Part shown: positions 26,201 through 41,200 of the stretch, piece by piece | Layout of the letters: each line of letters begins with the position of its first letter | Numbering within the stretch: position 1 is the stretch's first letter | Assembly: GCA_900617105.1 (NCBI GenBank) | Contig: UYFQ01000609.1 | Span: 1 to 64,000 of the forward strand | Source of the DNA: Hydrurus foetidus | Lineage: Eukaryota | DNA length: 64,000 nucleotides | Direction: 5' to 3' | Notes under the pieces: model-generated | Databases searched by the model: none | What the model saw: only the letters and a program-made list of their open reading frames with translations | Told to the model about the DNA's origin: nothing | Program-made: the position numbers and the translations under genes

Positions 26201-29200
26201 CTGCTCTCACCTCCGTGCTGATGAAGTGTAGGGGTGAGGGTGGAGGGTGGAGGGTGGAGGGGTGGGTGTAAATGGAGGAGAGGTAGGAGAAAGTTAAGTA
26301 GCACACACTGGTCCAAGAAGAAGCTGTCTTTGAGTTTACTTCGCTTCCTTTCCTTTCTCTTCTCACGTTTCCTCCCTTCTCACTCTACTCTAACACCTCT
26401 TTTCTGTCGACAGTTCAACCAACGGGCAATCCCTCCTTCACCACTTCATCTTCTCTCCCCATAAACTTCACTCCCTCACTCCCTCCCTCCCTCCCTCTTA
26501 CCCTCCCTCCCTCCCTCTCCCTCTCTCCTTCTCCCTCCCTCCCTCCCTTTCATTCTTCCTTCATCTTACACTCACTACTTCCTTTTTACCCTCCTTCCCC
26601 TCTTTTCCGCTCCTTTCCTCCCTCTCTCCCTCATTTTATCCCCTCTCACTCATTCACTGTGATGACCTCATGATGACTGCTAGCTGCACTCACCTTCTCA
26701 TTCGGAGCACATCAAAAAACTCCTGGTCGCTTATTGTCAACTCTATTCTCTTTTCCATCTGTGATCTCCTATTAAAATGATATGACGCATGTCGAGGATA
26801 CAGCGTTAGATGGAGTCATACATGAAAGACGGAATGTCACATTTTGTGAGATAATGACCTTTGGTTTATCAGCAGGAGTCCTTCGTCTTCTTCTTTCTGA
26901 GCGTCTTTTCTCTTCCTGTACTCACTCATGCGCTTCATCATAAGGGTCTCATCTTCTACGTCTGATGCGATTATCACGGATATGATCGAAATTCAGTGAT
27001 TATTGTTGGTGAAATATTTCAGCTCAAGGAAATTGATGGATTGTCGCGGAGAGCCCTACTGTTCGGTATTACTGTGGGGAAAAAGACGTACCAGATTCAT
27101 AGTCAGACTCGTCTCTGACACCGTCCTCTTCCTCTCCTTCCCCCTCCCCTTCTCCTTCTCCTGCACCGTAACCTTCCCCATCGAAACCTGATGCACTTCT
27201 TTTCCCTGCCCTACTCCCGCTCCTACTCCTACTCCCACTCCCACTTCTCTTGAATGTCAGTGTTGATGCGCTGCTCTTTCTCTTGTGGACACTAGGAGAG
27301 AGCGCCTGTGTCTGTCTCTGTGTCTGTGTGCCTTCTAGTAAAGAAGGGGGAGGGGTAGAGCCCGATTTGAGATCGAAACTTGGACTGGAATTGCCCACTC
27401 CCATCACTTGATTGTTTGTGTGTCCGTGTGCACCGATCAGAGGAAGTGGAATCTGCATATCCAAGATCGAAGATCAGTCATTGATTGTGATAATAATTGG
27501 TGTTAGGGGTCGATCTCGTGTAGGGGTGATTCGTTGAAAAGAGGACCAATCAGAATGATTAGAAGAGGTGACAGAATCAAAGAATTGTGTGGAAAATAGT
27601 AAAGGTTGCTAATCAGAATACGGATTCAGATTATGAATGACGTACGAGGCATCTGAGAGCAGAATGAAGTAGATTTTTTTTAAGAACAATTAATCATTTA
27701 AAAGATTATCGAGAAACTCGAAGTACGAAAAACGAATACGAAAAAACAGTAGAAATCACGTATTCTGACCGTGGCACTTGGATCTGCCCCTAGGGATGAC
27801 TTGTGCCTATTAGGAGAGTGCGCGCGAGAATGTGTGGTGGAGTGGATGCGACTGTTGGCATTGCTGTGTGGGGGGATGGTGGGGATTGTGGGCAGTCTGG
27901 CTCTGCGGAAGTTGTCTTCAATAGACTGGATGACGGTTGATGAGGTGTAGAGAATTAGGAATGAGATCACATGCTGTGCTGTGAAACAGTCCAATTAAAC
28001 AGTGCATTGGGAAGAGTATTCTAGATCACTACACAAACCATAGCATGAGAGAGTGCTGTACGTCCGATAAATTGTAATCCACACACAGAACAGCTACAAA
28101 TGCTATTGAATCAAAAAGAGAGACCCTCTCAAATCACTTCGCTTAACACTCCAAACACTTCAATCTGATACAGACAGAGACAAGAGGGCACGCAGATGAA
28201 CAGTACAATTGCTGTCAAACTCTTCACAGAAGGTCTACTTAGTTGCAAGTTCATTTCTGACCTTTAATTTCATGTCTGCTTTTTCTTTCAAAGAGGTGTC
28301 CAACGCGTCTTGCACCCAGTAATAGGAAAATATATTTTGTTTTTTTATCTTTCTCACAACTAGTCCTAGAGATGTTAATTTCGTTCCTGTGAAAATCCCG
28401 GATAGACCGATTACGAAAGATCTGATAGAAGGTTTTAAGGAGAGAGGTAGTGGTTGTTAATATGATAGTGATTTGTTTGTGATCGCAGCGATAGTGATGA
28501 TGAAAGTGGTGATATGATATGAAGCATTGTCGTGTAAGTTACCCTGCGTAAGTAATTAACATATCAAGACAGCAGAATAGAAAATTTTTGAGTTTTTTTA
28601 AAGCGTGAAGAACAGCTAAATTGGATTCATAAAAATGCTAGTGGCATAATGCGTTGTGTGGTACCTCAGCATCGCGGGTGATACTGACTCCTCTTGGAGT
28701 ATCACAGACTGGGAGGGACCGGGCAGCTCGAAATCCTGTTAAACAAGGGACACAGAGGAAGGTGCGAGGTAGAGAGAGGTGCGAGGGGTGTGAGGTGAGT
28801 TGATAGGAGGATATCTGACAAAAATGAGATAATATACAGGATAAGATTAAATGAGTCGGCATGAGTCGTCGTAACGCAACACGATGGGAAAAGGTATCAT
28901 CACACATAAAATAACACGTCACTAAACAAACATCCCTCGCCCCCTTTCCTCCATCGCTAACCTGACTGGCAGACATGGTAACATCCAGGCTGGATGTGAT
29001 TGCTCCCAACGAGAGCTTGATGCCCACCCAATTCCCCACACCTCCGAAATGAAGTTTGATACGTACGGCAAGTACAGTGCCCCCTATTTTCAAAGGCAAA
29101 TAATATCAAGTAAAAGAAGAACTAAATGTAAAAGCTGAGCGATAGTCCTGTAAAATGATTTAAGATGTTAAAGAAGAATTTGCGATCCAGAAGACTGCAT

Positions 29201-32200
29201 GGGTGATGTATACACTTATATGGTGACGTGGTGACACGGTGATAAACTGTGATTCCTCTCCTACCTTTGTACAAGTATTCCAATCCGATCATGAAGTCTT
29301 CCTTAGGAATCATCACTTCGTGCATGGTGAGAGCCCCTCCGTTCCACTGACCCCTCTTGGCCGACTCGATGCCTGGTGAGGAGCAATGAAGATATGGGTG
29401 GGTGAGAGGAGGGAGGGTAACAGGGTAAGAAGGGAGGGAGGACTGTGTGAGCTAATGGAGATGGGTAAGGGTATAGCTGAGAAAATCGAGGGCTTCCGGC
29501 GTATAGAAAAAAGAAGTGAAATTAACTGAAGTGTCTGAATATCGGAGTGCTCATCTGCCCACTCTAATGAGACTGAAATCAGCTGTCAATCAGATCATCT
29601 ATTAAGTTTGATACATCACTGTTTTAATTATTAACACCAGCACCTAATGGCAGGCAGGTGAACGGACAGACAGATACCTTGATAGACTAACTGTGTGTCT
29701 ACATGTATCTGTGTTTGTCACTTGGCTTGACTGTTTGTGTGTCCGCCAGTGCATGTGCGTCTGCCTGACTGATTAATCGACTGGTGTACTAACCTTCGGT
29801 GCCATCAGCGGACCATATTAATTGCCAGCCAACTAGACCCACATTATCCAGGAAGTTGAACCGTATCTTGTACAGTTTGTATCCCCCCGATATCTGAGTG
29901 GGCGGTACGGCGTAAACTGAGCCAGCCGATCTCTGCTTACGACCTGCACAGATACAATAGGAGTAAAGAAAGGTAGTTGGAGAAATGGAGAAATTGATGG
30001 AGGGAGGAAAGTAACGATGTTCTAAGACAAGAAGAGAAATAATGAAAAATATTCAATAATGAAAATTTGAATATTGCACAAATGCATGAGCAGATATAAT
30101 TACTCCTCTTACCATCTTCGCCAAGATCATCATGAGCATCCCTCCCTCTTGACACAGCACCGTTCTTTACCCCAGGGTCGCATACACAGGTCCCCTGTGA
30201 GTTTAGCATGATAGCTGGGATGTATTTGTCGCGCACACGAGGGTCAGGAGCAGGTATGTCGATGAAATCCTGGGAACCTGTGAGAGTCAAAAGGGATTTG
30301 ATAAGTTGAAGTTTAAGGGGTCAACGTTTTAAGAGGAGATTGTTGAGTTGAAAAAAGGAAGAGGACAGCGGCGTTTAGAATGCAATAAGTAATTGTGTAG
30401 AGTAATGTTGTTCTGAATAGCATAGCATAGGAGAGGATAAGATAGCATAGGAGAGGATAAGATAGGATAAGATAGGAGAGGATATTCAAGTGTTTTGGAA
30501 TATGCGTCATTGAGGAAGGCATGTCAAGTGAGAAGAGCATAGTAAGAAATGTTAGATAAGAGACTGCCATGGTAACGGCGAGAAGGAAAAAGCAATAGGA
30601 GAGACAATAAGATGAAAAGAGAAAAAATAGCCAACGAGACAGAAGTAGCGAGAGAAAAATGAAAAAAACATAATGGTGGCTGTAATAGAGAAGGAGAGAG
30701 GGAACGATTAATAGCATTGCGCGACAGAAAAGGGATGATCGAACTTCGTACCTCTGGCGTAGAATGACTCCGAGATGACTCTCTGCTCCACCGTAAGTCT
30801 CTTCGCTGTCCTCACCCTCAGAACACTTTTAAAGAGCCTGAAGCTCATGGCGTTCCTCGCTTCTCTTCTTATCTCCGACAAGAACTTTCTATTGTATTTC
30901 GTGATACAATACACCAATCCTCTTCGATTGACAGCGAAGTATCTCTTGGACACTTGGCTTATATCAGCGCACACACGTACGAGAGGAAAGCAATCTCTGT
31001 GATGCGTACGCACTGATTCTTTTATCTCATTTGCTGGTAGATTTGTTTTAATGCTTAAAAAGCATTTTTGCAGCAATTTTAGACGGTACTGCTTGGCGAG
31101 GAGAGAGCTCATTTGTGCGAACACTTTTTGGTCTTGTACGAATACGGTCCATCTCAAAAACAGCGCTGGGATAGGGGGAAATAAGACAAAGCGAGATTGA
31201 ATTTATCTGAACACTTCTTTGGAAGGAATGAATATGAGCAGCATTTGTATTGGCAATTGAATTCGTATTTAAGAAATATTTGTATTCATATTTTTAAGTG
31301 TATTGAGTTGTTGATGTTAATGCCATTGGTATTGATATCGCAGATGTATTTTCGATTATTTCGGTAATATAGATGATATTTCTATTTATTTAGATGGTAA
31401 TAATATAATTAGCTTCTTCCTAATTGTAGTTGCATGCTTCTTGGTGGTATTGTTGGTCACCTTCAACAGTGACGATAGCGTCCTTGAGCCTCGTACTATT
31501 TACACACACAACCCTCTGAAACTGTCTGTCCTGCAGGTACTCATTGAAATAGTTGTACTTCCTTCTCCTCTCTTTCAACTCGTCTATGACCCCAGTGGAG
31601 CTGTCTAGAGGCTCCCTTTCTAGCAATTTCAACCACCGGTTAAAGATGGACCATTGAACTCTCTTAGCGCGATATACGTGTGCGTTGTTCTCGAGATATT
31701 TCAAACGCTGTATGTAAGAGTACAGAGAAGTTGAAACTGCTGTGAGAGGGGAATAAGTAATGGATGTATATCAATGTCAGTAGAGCTTATCAAGATACTT
31801 ATTATCGTATAGTACAACTAGATATTCAGACTTTCCTTACTTCATATTTATGTTTAAAAAATACTTCTGCTTTACCTTACAGAGTCTTATCCAGTTGGCT
31901 AGTTTCTTGCGGTTGCACATGGACTGCGATCTCTTCATGTACATGGCCATGCGAATAGTCCTGTGATGAGACGTAATTGTGAAAGGTTACATTCATGGAT
32001 GTAATTGAGTTACAGACTATCGAGAAGAGTACAGGAGTAAAAAGTGGAAACGGAAAAAATAAAATATGAAAAGGTGAGGCGGAGTAGAATTGAATAATAA
32101 TAAGGAAGGGATTTAAAGTAGAGTAAGAGTTTTGAAAAAGAGCCATATATGACGGATAATGTTCATCAGGAAAGATATGAGAAGAATTATGATGAACGAG

Positions 32201-35200
32201 TTTCACATACGTACTGGAGAAAGATCGACTCAGTCGTGCAGCAAGTGAGAGATTGATCGACACACGATACTATGCTATGAGTTGAGGTGTACCTGAAGAA
32301 TGTTCTAGTTTCTTCTTTGATGATAGAGGACAGCACTTCTTGGTATACCCGTGTAAGAGCACTCAGTAGTACCTTTAAAAAATGAAAAGATGAGCAAAGA
32401 AGAGAAATGGAAATTAAAAAGAATCAAAAACGAGTGAAAGAAAAGGAGAAGAAAATAAGAATTATAGGAGCGTAAGTACACATGTGAAATAAATTATAAG
32501 CCGTTAATTAGAGTGACGATAAAGATGATGGAAAAACAGCTTATTTGATACGGAAGATGGTAGAGGATAAAAAGACTTGACTAAAATACATAGCTATTGT
32601 ACATGAAGTGAAAATGTGAATAGAGGATAGTTGGGTAGTTTTTTGTACGTACGTCAGCGGCTTCTTTTTTGAAATCTTTCACGTACAACTCTTCTTGCTG
32701 GATCGCAATATCGGTTAAAGAGCCTGTGGAAGGTAGCCGGTCATAGGTCAATTCGGGGAGGGAGGGAGGGTAAGAGGGAGGGAGAGAGGAGGAAGGAAGA
32801 AAGGTGGGTGAGAGGGAAGTTGAAGAGGGCGAGTGCACGAGTAGAGAAATAGGTAGTTTTCAAGATGGGATTACATCATGAAAGAGAGTGAGATGGACCA
32901 GATAGAAAGCGCTGTATAGAGTAGATGGTAGATGGTGAGCGGCTCATTATGAAAGGCGTCCTGGAAGGCCCTATCAAAACGCTCCTCTTATCAAGGGAAA
33001 GCTGCTTACATGCGCCTCCAATTGTCAACTAAAACACATCCGTAATGACAGATCCAAGATTACATCAGTGCTTCGGAAAGACTCAATCATATTCAATTAG
33101 CACATACGCACTCATTCAAAATACTACAGGTGACGTACTTTCGAATTTGAAAACTTGTTGTAACATGTCCGCATGTCTGACTCCATCCTCCGAATTCTTG
33201 TTAGCGATCAGGTCAGATACACGAGATGCCCTAACGATGGTGAGAGAAGAAGAAGGAGAAGAAGAAGAAGAAGAAGAAGAAGAAAAAAAAGAAGAAGAGA
33301 AAGAAGAAGAAGGGATGAGATGAGATGTGGAGGATATAAACAGAGGTCGTGAGAGGAAGGAATGGAATGGAGCAGTATACCACTAAGCAATTTCGGAGAA
33401 TTAGATGGAAAACGAGTTTAAAAGATGGGGAAAACTTATTTCCTGCTGCGTCGAAATCAGTTAGAAAAAACAGAAAGCATTCCACTCTGATATCAGCTAG
33501 TTAAGTGATGCGATTCGAACTAGATTTTCGTGATGTAATTCAATCGAGCATTACCTCACTCCTGTCAGAGTAGATGAGACGAGACAAGACAAAATAACAT
33601 AAAATGCTATGTAATATCTTCCGCTGTACATCACGTACACACATAGCCGTGTCTACCGTGTACCTAACGGCTTGTGTCTTCATGGATGAGCAGAGAGCCA
33701 TAAGCTTGATGGCCGTTGTCTCTACGGTCACTCTGTCTTCGCTGTCCCATCGGAACAGGTTCATGCCGGGGCCGGATGGGAGTTCATCAGGATCAAAACT
33801 ACTGAGAGGAGAAGAGAGATTGAGAGATGAGAGGAGAAAAGGAGAAAAGTTCATCAGAATCAAGGCTACTGTGAGGGTTGAGAGACGGGAGAAGTAATCA
33901 GAGGAGAGGAGAGGAGAGAAGAGAGGAGAGGAGAGGAAAGGAAAGGAAAGGAAAGGAAAAAAGAAAGGAGAAAAAAAAGAAAAAAGGAGAGAAATGAAGA
34001 GGAAAGAAAAGATGTGGGTAGAAGAGAAGATGGAGTTAAGATGAAGAGATTTAAGGTAAGGTTCGAGAGTTAGTGAAAAGTGTGGTAAGATCTTTGTCGT
34101 TACCCAGAGCAGAAATCGGAGAAGAGAATAGGGAACTCGATGGGAGAATTAGTGACTGCAAATAATGTAATTTCATTTTATTTTGTGGTATGTTTTGAGA
34201 TGTGATACGACATACGTCATACGCAATCATGCATTACGACACATATGGAGGGAGAAAGCAATACAGTACAGCATACCCCGCTTCTTCACTGACACTCCTT
34301 CTCCTCCCAGTCACAGGCTGCGCTTTCAGCTGTTCATAGTCCGCCTTGCTCTTCGCTCTCTGTGCTTCTGACGTCAGAGACTGGTCGTCATTAGTGTACT
34401 CACTGGTCTGTTCCCTCAACTGCTGATACGCTGCACTCCTCCTCGCTATCTTAAATCGTCTGTTCCGTCTGACTATGTGGGCAAGTATCTCCGCTTGGCC
34501 ATATTGTGTACTGCCTGATCCGGTACTTCCGTTAGAGCCGGCTAGAGCGTTGACACTTGCGGCAACTGTCTCGTCTGACATGGTATAATGTAGGGGGATG
34601 AGACACCACACTGCACTGTACCACACCATGTCGCACCGTACTATATAATACTGCATCACACTATGTCGTATCATGCTGCACTATGCAATGCCATGCAATA
34701 CTATGATATTTCATTTCATATCATATTATACAATTTTATATTACGCGGCAATACGATCTACACCTTCGTAAAGGCCACAATAAAATCATTAAATTTGGTG
34801 CAATTTACCTTTAATGACTATCCACTCCTTCCACGCTTCAATCACATCCTCTGTAATTTGACAGAGACAAAAGATTAAAAAAAGTCAGTCAGTGAAAAGT
34901 CAGAGAAAAGAAAAAAAGTACAATGATTGTCTCCGTAGTGATGAGGGTTCATTATACTTACTTTGTATTTTGTGTCTGTGTTGCTTTCTAGACAGTCTGG
35001 CTTTTTTCCGAAATGACGCGTAGACTCTCCAGTTGTTAAACGCTCTTGGACCGAATAAAATAAATCTGAAATAGCAGCAAATGTATGTATGAAAATTTTG
35101 TGACTGACGAGTAGGTGTTGCGTAAAGTGACAGTTTATCGGTATTAATATGATGTAATATGAATAATTGATGACGAAATCTCCTCTGATTCGTGTACAAT

Positions 35201-38200
35201 GAAGGGTGTATTGTTCCGCAAGAAATCCTATTGACTGCCAATTAAAAAAATAAATAAAATAAAATAAAAACAAAAAGAAAAATGAAAACAAAAATAAAAA
35301 TAACTGAAATCCTAGAAGTCAAAGAATCATTAAAAATGACGGATGAGCACATAATATCTCATCCTACCTAATCATGAACTCAACTGCAGCGCACGACTCC
35401 CACATAGCCATCTTAACCGCCATGACATTTATCTTAGAAATTGTGCGATTGTCTGCAGTGGTAGAGATGGTCTTCATCACCAGTGCAGAGCTGAGGAGTA
35501 GCGGTGAAAGACCTGTGTGTGTAAAGAATGGGAGTGGAGTGGAGCGGGAATGGGGTGGAGGTGATTAGAGCCAGGGAAGGTAAGGGGATGGGAAATTGAC
35601 ATGACAGGGGGTGAGGCCAGAAGAGATGAAGTAGCATGCGTTAGTAGACGTGCACATTTGACTTGAGTAGAGTAGAGTAGGAGAGGAGGGAGTGTTGAGA
35701 TAAGATGGGTCAGGGCTCATGAACAGTAATAGTTCAACAGTTTGCACTCTCGAGCATCTGACATACGTTTGATGAAAGAAGGAAATTGCGGTCTCAAGGC
35801 AATGAAGAGATACCGTAGAGTTTTACTGGCACGCGCTAACCTAGAGTGTTGTCGTATGCGATTTGAATCCTGTCAGGCACGTCCTCTCCGACCTCATCGT
35901 CATCGCTATCGATGCCTGCCAAGAGTAAGATGGAAGGGAGGGTAGATTACAGAGGATGATATGAGATCAGATCAGAGAAGACACAATAAGAAGAGTTAAG
36001 AGGTATGATAGGAGCGAAATATGAGCCTGAGGAAATAGTGTAAATAAGATGAATAAATTGCAGTACACGGAGATGTACCGGCGTGAGAATAATCGTACGG
36101 CAGGCACAATCGTATTTGAAACAACATCGCTTACGACACCGAGAATAACCACTTCCTTTGACAATGCAGCACAAAATAAAACAAAATACGAACCTTCCCC
36201 CAAAGGGACGACATTCTTCCACACAAAGCGGACCTTGGACCTGCTGTTCAGCATCGCAACGGCTAACATAGAGCTGGCGGTAACGCTCACTGATGAAGCC
36301 CTCCTGTTCGCTAGGATGGCAATGGAGTTCTGCAGGGGATACAATGTGTATTGTTGTGTCGTGTTAAGAGGTGCAGGAAATAGATAACGTTAGGGAGGGC
36401 GTAGGGGACATGTTGTATTGTGATGTGATGTGTAGTGTTGTGTTAGTACGTGCAATAAGTTAGTACGTGCAATAAGTTAGTAGATATGTTATATGAGATA
36501 TTGCCCTGTGTGGGATATGTAGTCAAATTGAATTGAATTGAATTGAATTGAATTAAACTGAGCTGGCATGAGAAAAGGACATTTTACATGCACATTAAAG
36601 CAATTAAATCGGACTCTGTGACAGAAAATAAAAAGTATTATGCTATGATGTTCAATATAGCATCATACGATATGGGACAGTTTATCATGCTACAGAGGAG
36701 GAGAGCAGAGGAGATCGACCACACTAATATTGACAACGAAGAACAAGGAAGGTAAAGTGACGAAGTAACTCATACACCTTCTTCCCCACAGAAGGTGATC
36801 TGGCCTTCCTTCCTGTGAGCAGAACACCGTTCCTAGAGGTACCCCTCCGACCCGTTTCACCCCCCAATACCCCCACCCCTGGGGTACCATTTTCTTGGAG
36901 TATGAGCGATCCTGCATCTGTGCGACTCGATCCTATGAGTGAAGCGAACAGGAGTGAAGCGGAAGAAGTGGAGGGGGACAGGCTTGTTAGTGAGAGTGGA
37001 TTGAAGAGAGGTCGAGGAAGTTTGAGTAGGAACGTAATGAGAGATTGCACTTCTCCACATCATGTAATGGAGTCGTATAGCACTCTATTCATCACACTCG
37101 TCTATCTGGCCGCATCAAAAAAATACCGCGTTACATTAATAGATGACGCAGCGCTACTGCCAGTGCAAGGCAATAAATGCTATGCATAGATGTTGCCGTT
37201 GAACACAGCATAGACTGTAGACTGTACCTGGTAGAGTGTCTGAGTCCGAAGCAGATCCGTGGGAACTATCATCAATAGAATGCCTCCTCCCTCTCTCTGT
37301 CTCCTTCTCCTTCTCCTTGTCTTTATCCCTCTCCCTACCTCTTTTTTTCTCTTTGCCGCTCTCTTTCTCTTTCTCTTTCGCTTTGTCAGCTCTCTTTCTC
37401 GCACCTTCATCTGCGTCAGTATTTTTGATAATATCCGACTTTGCACTCCTCCCTGTCCCCGAATCTTTCTCCCTCTCCTTTTCTTTCTCCTTATCTTTTT
37501 CTTCTTTTTTCCCTTTTGTCCTATTCCTTTTAACCTGGTGAGTGTGGCATTTGTAGAGTGCCAATTATTGTGCAGCACTTCTGAAATAGGATGAGAGAGA
37601 CATGAGGGAAACTTGTACCTGATAATTCAAAGCAGCAACAGCAGTCAAGAGGGACGAATTGAAAAGTAGTGATAGATCTGATCGATTAGATGCTACTGTA
37701 TATTACCATTCTAAACTGTGCTATGTGCTATGCCGCACAGCTCTTTGTAGTAACTCAATGCATCATACTGTCTCTACCTCCCTCCCTCCCTCTTACCCTC
37801 TTACCCTCTTACCCTCCCTCCCTCTCTGACTCACCGGTATGGGATCTCTTGCCGACAGCTCAACCGCTTCGGTGTCTGGTGCACTACTAAAGAAGAAGAT
37901 ATTCGAAAAAGCGTAAGTCACAAGTGTTTCGAAGGGGCGCAATGTCATCGCTGCTTGAATATAGACTATTACCCAGCACAATACAGAAGGATGGGAAGAA
38001 CTGAATTTCATTTTCACGAATTTGCTTCAGATTTCGTTTCTACCTGGGAGTACTTGTCATTCGAATTTGAAGATTTTCCATGAATTTTCTTTTTTTCTTC
38101 ATCACGACTGTTTTATTCAAAAAAGGATAAAAAGAACGGGGTGAAAAACAATGAGCATTTTTTGAAATAAATACAATACGTGTAAAACATTACGTACAAA

Positions 38201-41200
38201 CGCTGTTCAACATATCTGCTCAAAGCGACATTGTCAGTCATCTTTCTCACCGGATATGAAGGGTCGGAAAGTGCTGTGTGGGGCAAAGGCCTGTCGGAAC
38301 GCGCACGTACTTCCCTGCAAGCGAGTACGCATCTGAAAGTAGTACGGACATGCGACATTGATGTATGATCGTGAGTGAAGGTATTGGTTATCCTCCTCCG
38401 ACTGACGTTGACAAGAGGATGTCTGATGGTGCCACTCATGCACTACCATGTCCAGGCAGCAGTATTCATAACAGAATAGCGTAGTATACTGCAGCACTAC
38501 ATAAGAGTGTGTAGTGTAGAATAATCTTGTGTTTCATGTCACAGAATTAAAAAGAATTGTATAGAACAGTGAGTTACAACGCGCACTAACACGGCATAGC
38601 TTCGTGATACACAACATAACACAACACAACACAACACAACACAACACAACACAACACAACACAACACAACACCGCACTACATAACACAACATAACATAAC
38701 ACGGTATTATAGAATTCAAATTAAAGCAGCACATATCAGGATTTTATTGAAGTGTATTTGACGAAAATTCATTGAGAATCGTTGTTCTCAGCGGCCATTT
38801 TTGCGGACAAAAAATGATATTCATGTTCAGTTGCGAATTCGACAATACCTTTTTTCTGTAGAATGAATACATCCTCCATATTTGGAAGGGAGAGTTAAGC
38901 TGCGCAAACACGATCTTCCGTCTCTGAATGCAGGGGAGAGGATGGTGGATCGAAAGAATGAGAAATGGAAGAGACGAGCGGTTAGTCGGTCAAACGCATA
39001 CACATCTGTGTGTGTGTGTGTGTGTGTGTATGTGTGTGTTGATGCCGTGTCAAATCATTTTGACACTCAGCACATTAGGTACGTGAATTGCTTTACTCAA
39101 CACAGTGCAGTACAGGCACAGTGCAATGCAACGACATAGCATGGCATGGTGAAATTCGAATTCAGACAGAGTGCAAAGCAGATCAATACAACATAACGTG
39201 ATACATGATGCAGCACATCACATCAAAGTGCAGCGCTACAAAGCATTGTATAGTGCAAGACAGTAAAGTGTAGCGCTACGAATCATCGTGCATTATAGCA
39301 TAGCGTAGCATATAGTGGTGCTCCTTAGAGTGTACCGCACGTACATACAAACAGACGGACATACATACGTATTACAACCGCAGAATAAAATGTCCTCTTC
39401 AAGGGAGGTTTGATGAACTTAGGCGAGGGGAGTACAATCATTCGAGCTCGAAAGGGTAGAAATTTCGATTCTGGAGGAGTTTCGGAAGCGACAGGAAACC
39501 ATCAAATGGAGCCTGGGATTCGACACCTTCCGCGTGGGAAAAAAAAATGAAAAATGGGGAATGCTCCCCACCCCCCACAGAGAAGATTTCAAATCCCAGC
39601 TCCGTTTGACGGTTTTCTGTCGTTTCCAAAATATTTGGGCACCTCCTCTGAATTCATTTTGGGCATCGGACCTGACATGTTAAAGTGCGGTCGTGACACG
39701 TACTAACCATAGTGATTCCCTTGAGGGTCCATCTGTGCCTGATGCCTCTCCTCTGCCAGGACCAGTATACCAGCCATTTGAAGCTCCTCTTCACCTCTTC
39801 CGACATTCTCCCCTACAGCAATGGATAAAGATAAAGATAAAGAGAAATAGGAAGGTAAGACAGGATAGGAACAAAAGGTGACGAATTGTAGTCTGATGAA
39901 TTCATAGGAAGAACTGTGCCTCTCCTTCGAGATCTATACAAGCAGTATCGAGATAGCGGACGATTGATTGCTCACCTTAACAGTAAGAAATGAAAGAAAA
40001 AGAAGTGAGGTAAATGTTGGCTAGTACTAGCAATTAAAATTACATCCAATTTAAAGAGCAGTGCAATTTTTTATGTCGGATCACCTTGTGGAATTTCACG
40101 GCAATTCGGTGGAGCGATCTTTCTCTAAGAGCATAAGTTTTCCATGCTCTGATTTGATTTAAATGCAAGATTCCAAACAGCAGAATTGATTCAATAGACA
40201 TTTAGTCGAATTATATTTGATGCAATAGTAGTAAAAAGAGATGTATGTCGCACATTTTAGATGATCACAACGAACGTTTCTAATACGGATAAAAAATATA
40301 AGACAATCAGATTGAAAAGTATCGATTTGAAGAGTTGATTAAAGAGCAGAAGGACAATGTACACAATGCACCCATTTAATTGGCACCTGAAAACTGTCAT
40401 TGTGAGATAAGTTGGAAGCACTGCTTTGACAAGGAATTTTATTTTCTGTTTCGATTTTGCTTTCCGATCTGATGGGAATGCAATGCAATGCAATTAGAGA
40501 GGGTTGGAGAACAAATAGGAGTAGGAGGATGGAGGAAAATAAGAAGTGAAGGTATGAGGGAGTGAGTGAGTGAGTGAGGGAGGGAGGGGATGATGTGGAG
40601 CAAGAGGAAGAGAAGGAGAAAGGGAGAGAGATAGGGATGTCGAAAGAAAGGATAGAAAAGAGGAAGGAAGCGAGGGATTTTCAATTCAGTTGGTTATATG
40701 TGAGAATCAAATTCGAGATATACTGAGTGACAGCTTTATTATACATATCATGCGATATCATGTCGTATTAGGAGGTTGAGGGGAAGTGAATTAGGGTGCA
40801 GTGGCGTGCTTACTAGTATATCTCCTCCATACATAAAAAGGCCAGTTGCACAGCCTGAACATCTCCCTCCTCATGATCGCTCTCTTGGTGTAGCGCCTCC
40901 AAGCTGCCACCTTTCTCCGACAGAACAATCGAGTGTCAAGCAATTTTCTTGTACGAATTTTCCAAGACTGGAATATCGATTTCCGTATAATGCTTTCAAT
41001 CAATTTCCATTTTCGTTTCGCTTCACGGTATTTCCAGCCACGCATAAAACCACGGATAATCGCTTGTAACCGTGTTGCTGCGTATGACTGTGAAAGTAAC
41101 AAGTGCAATCTTTAGAAAACGGAGTGAGGGGGTCCGATTTTCAGTTTGAATTTTTTAGTGCTTTATTAATAGGATATTCTGGTAAACAGTTTACTTCAAT

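Noticed and set aside
25591..26271. His-rich ITSHH/IQYNT repeat proteins in the ORF track
   Set aside because: Translations of intronic pentanucleotide microsatellites, open in several frames.
39416..39690. Possible second MITE starting TTAGGCGAGGGGAGTAC in an intron
   Set aside because: Composition differs from the surroundings, but I could not find a matching terminal inverted repeat or TSD.
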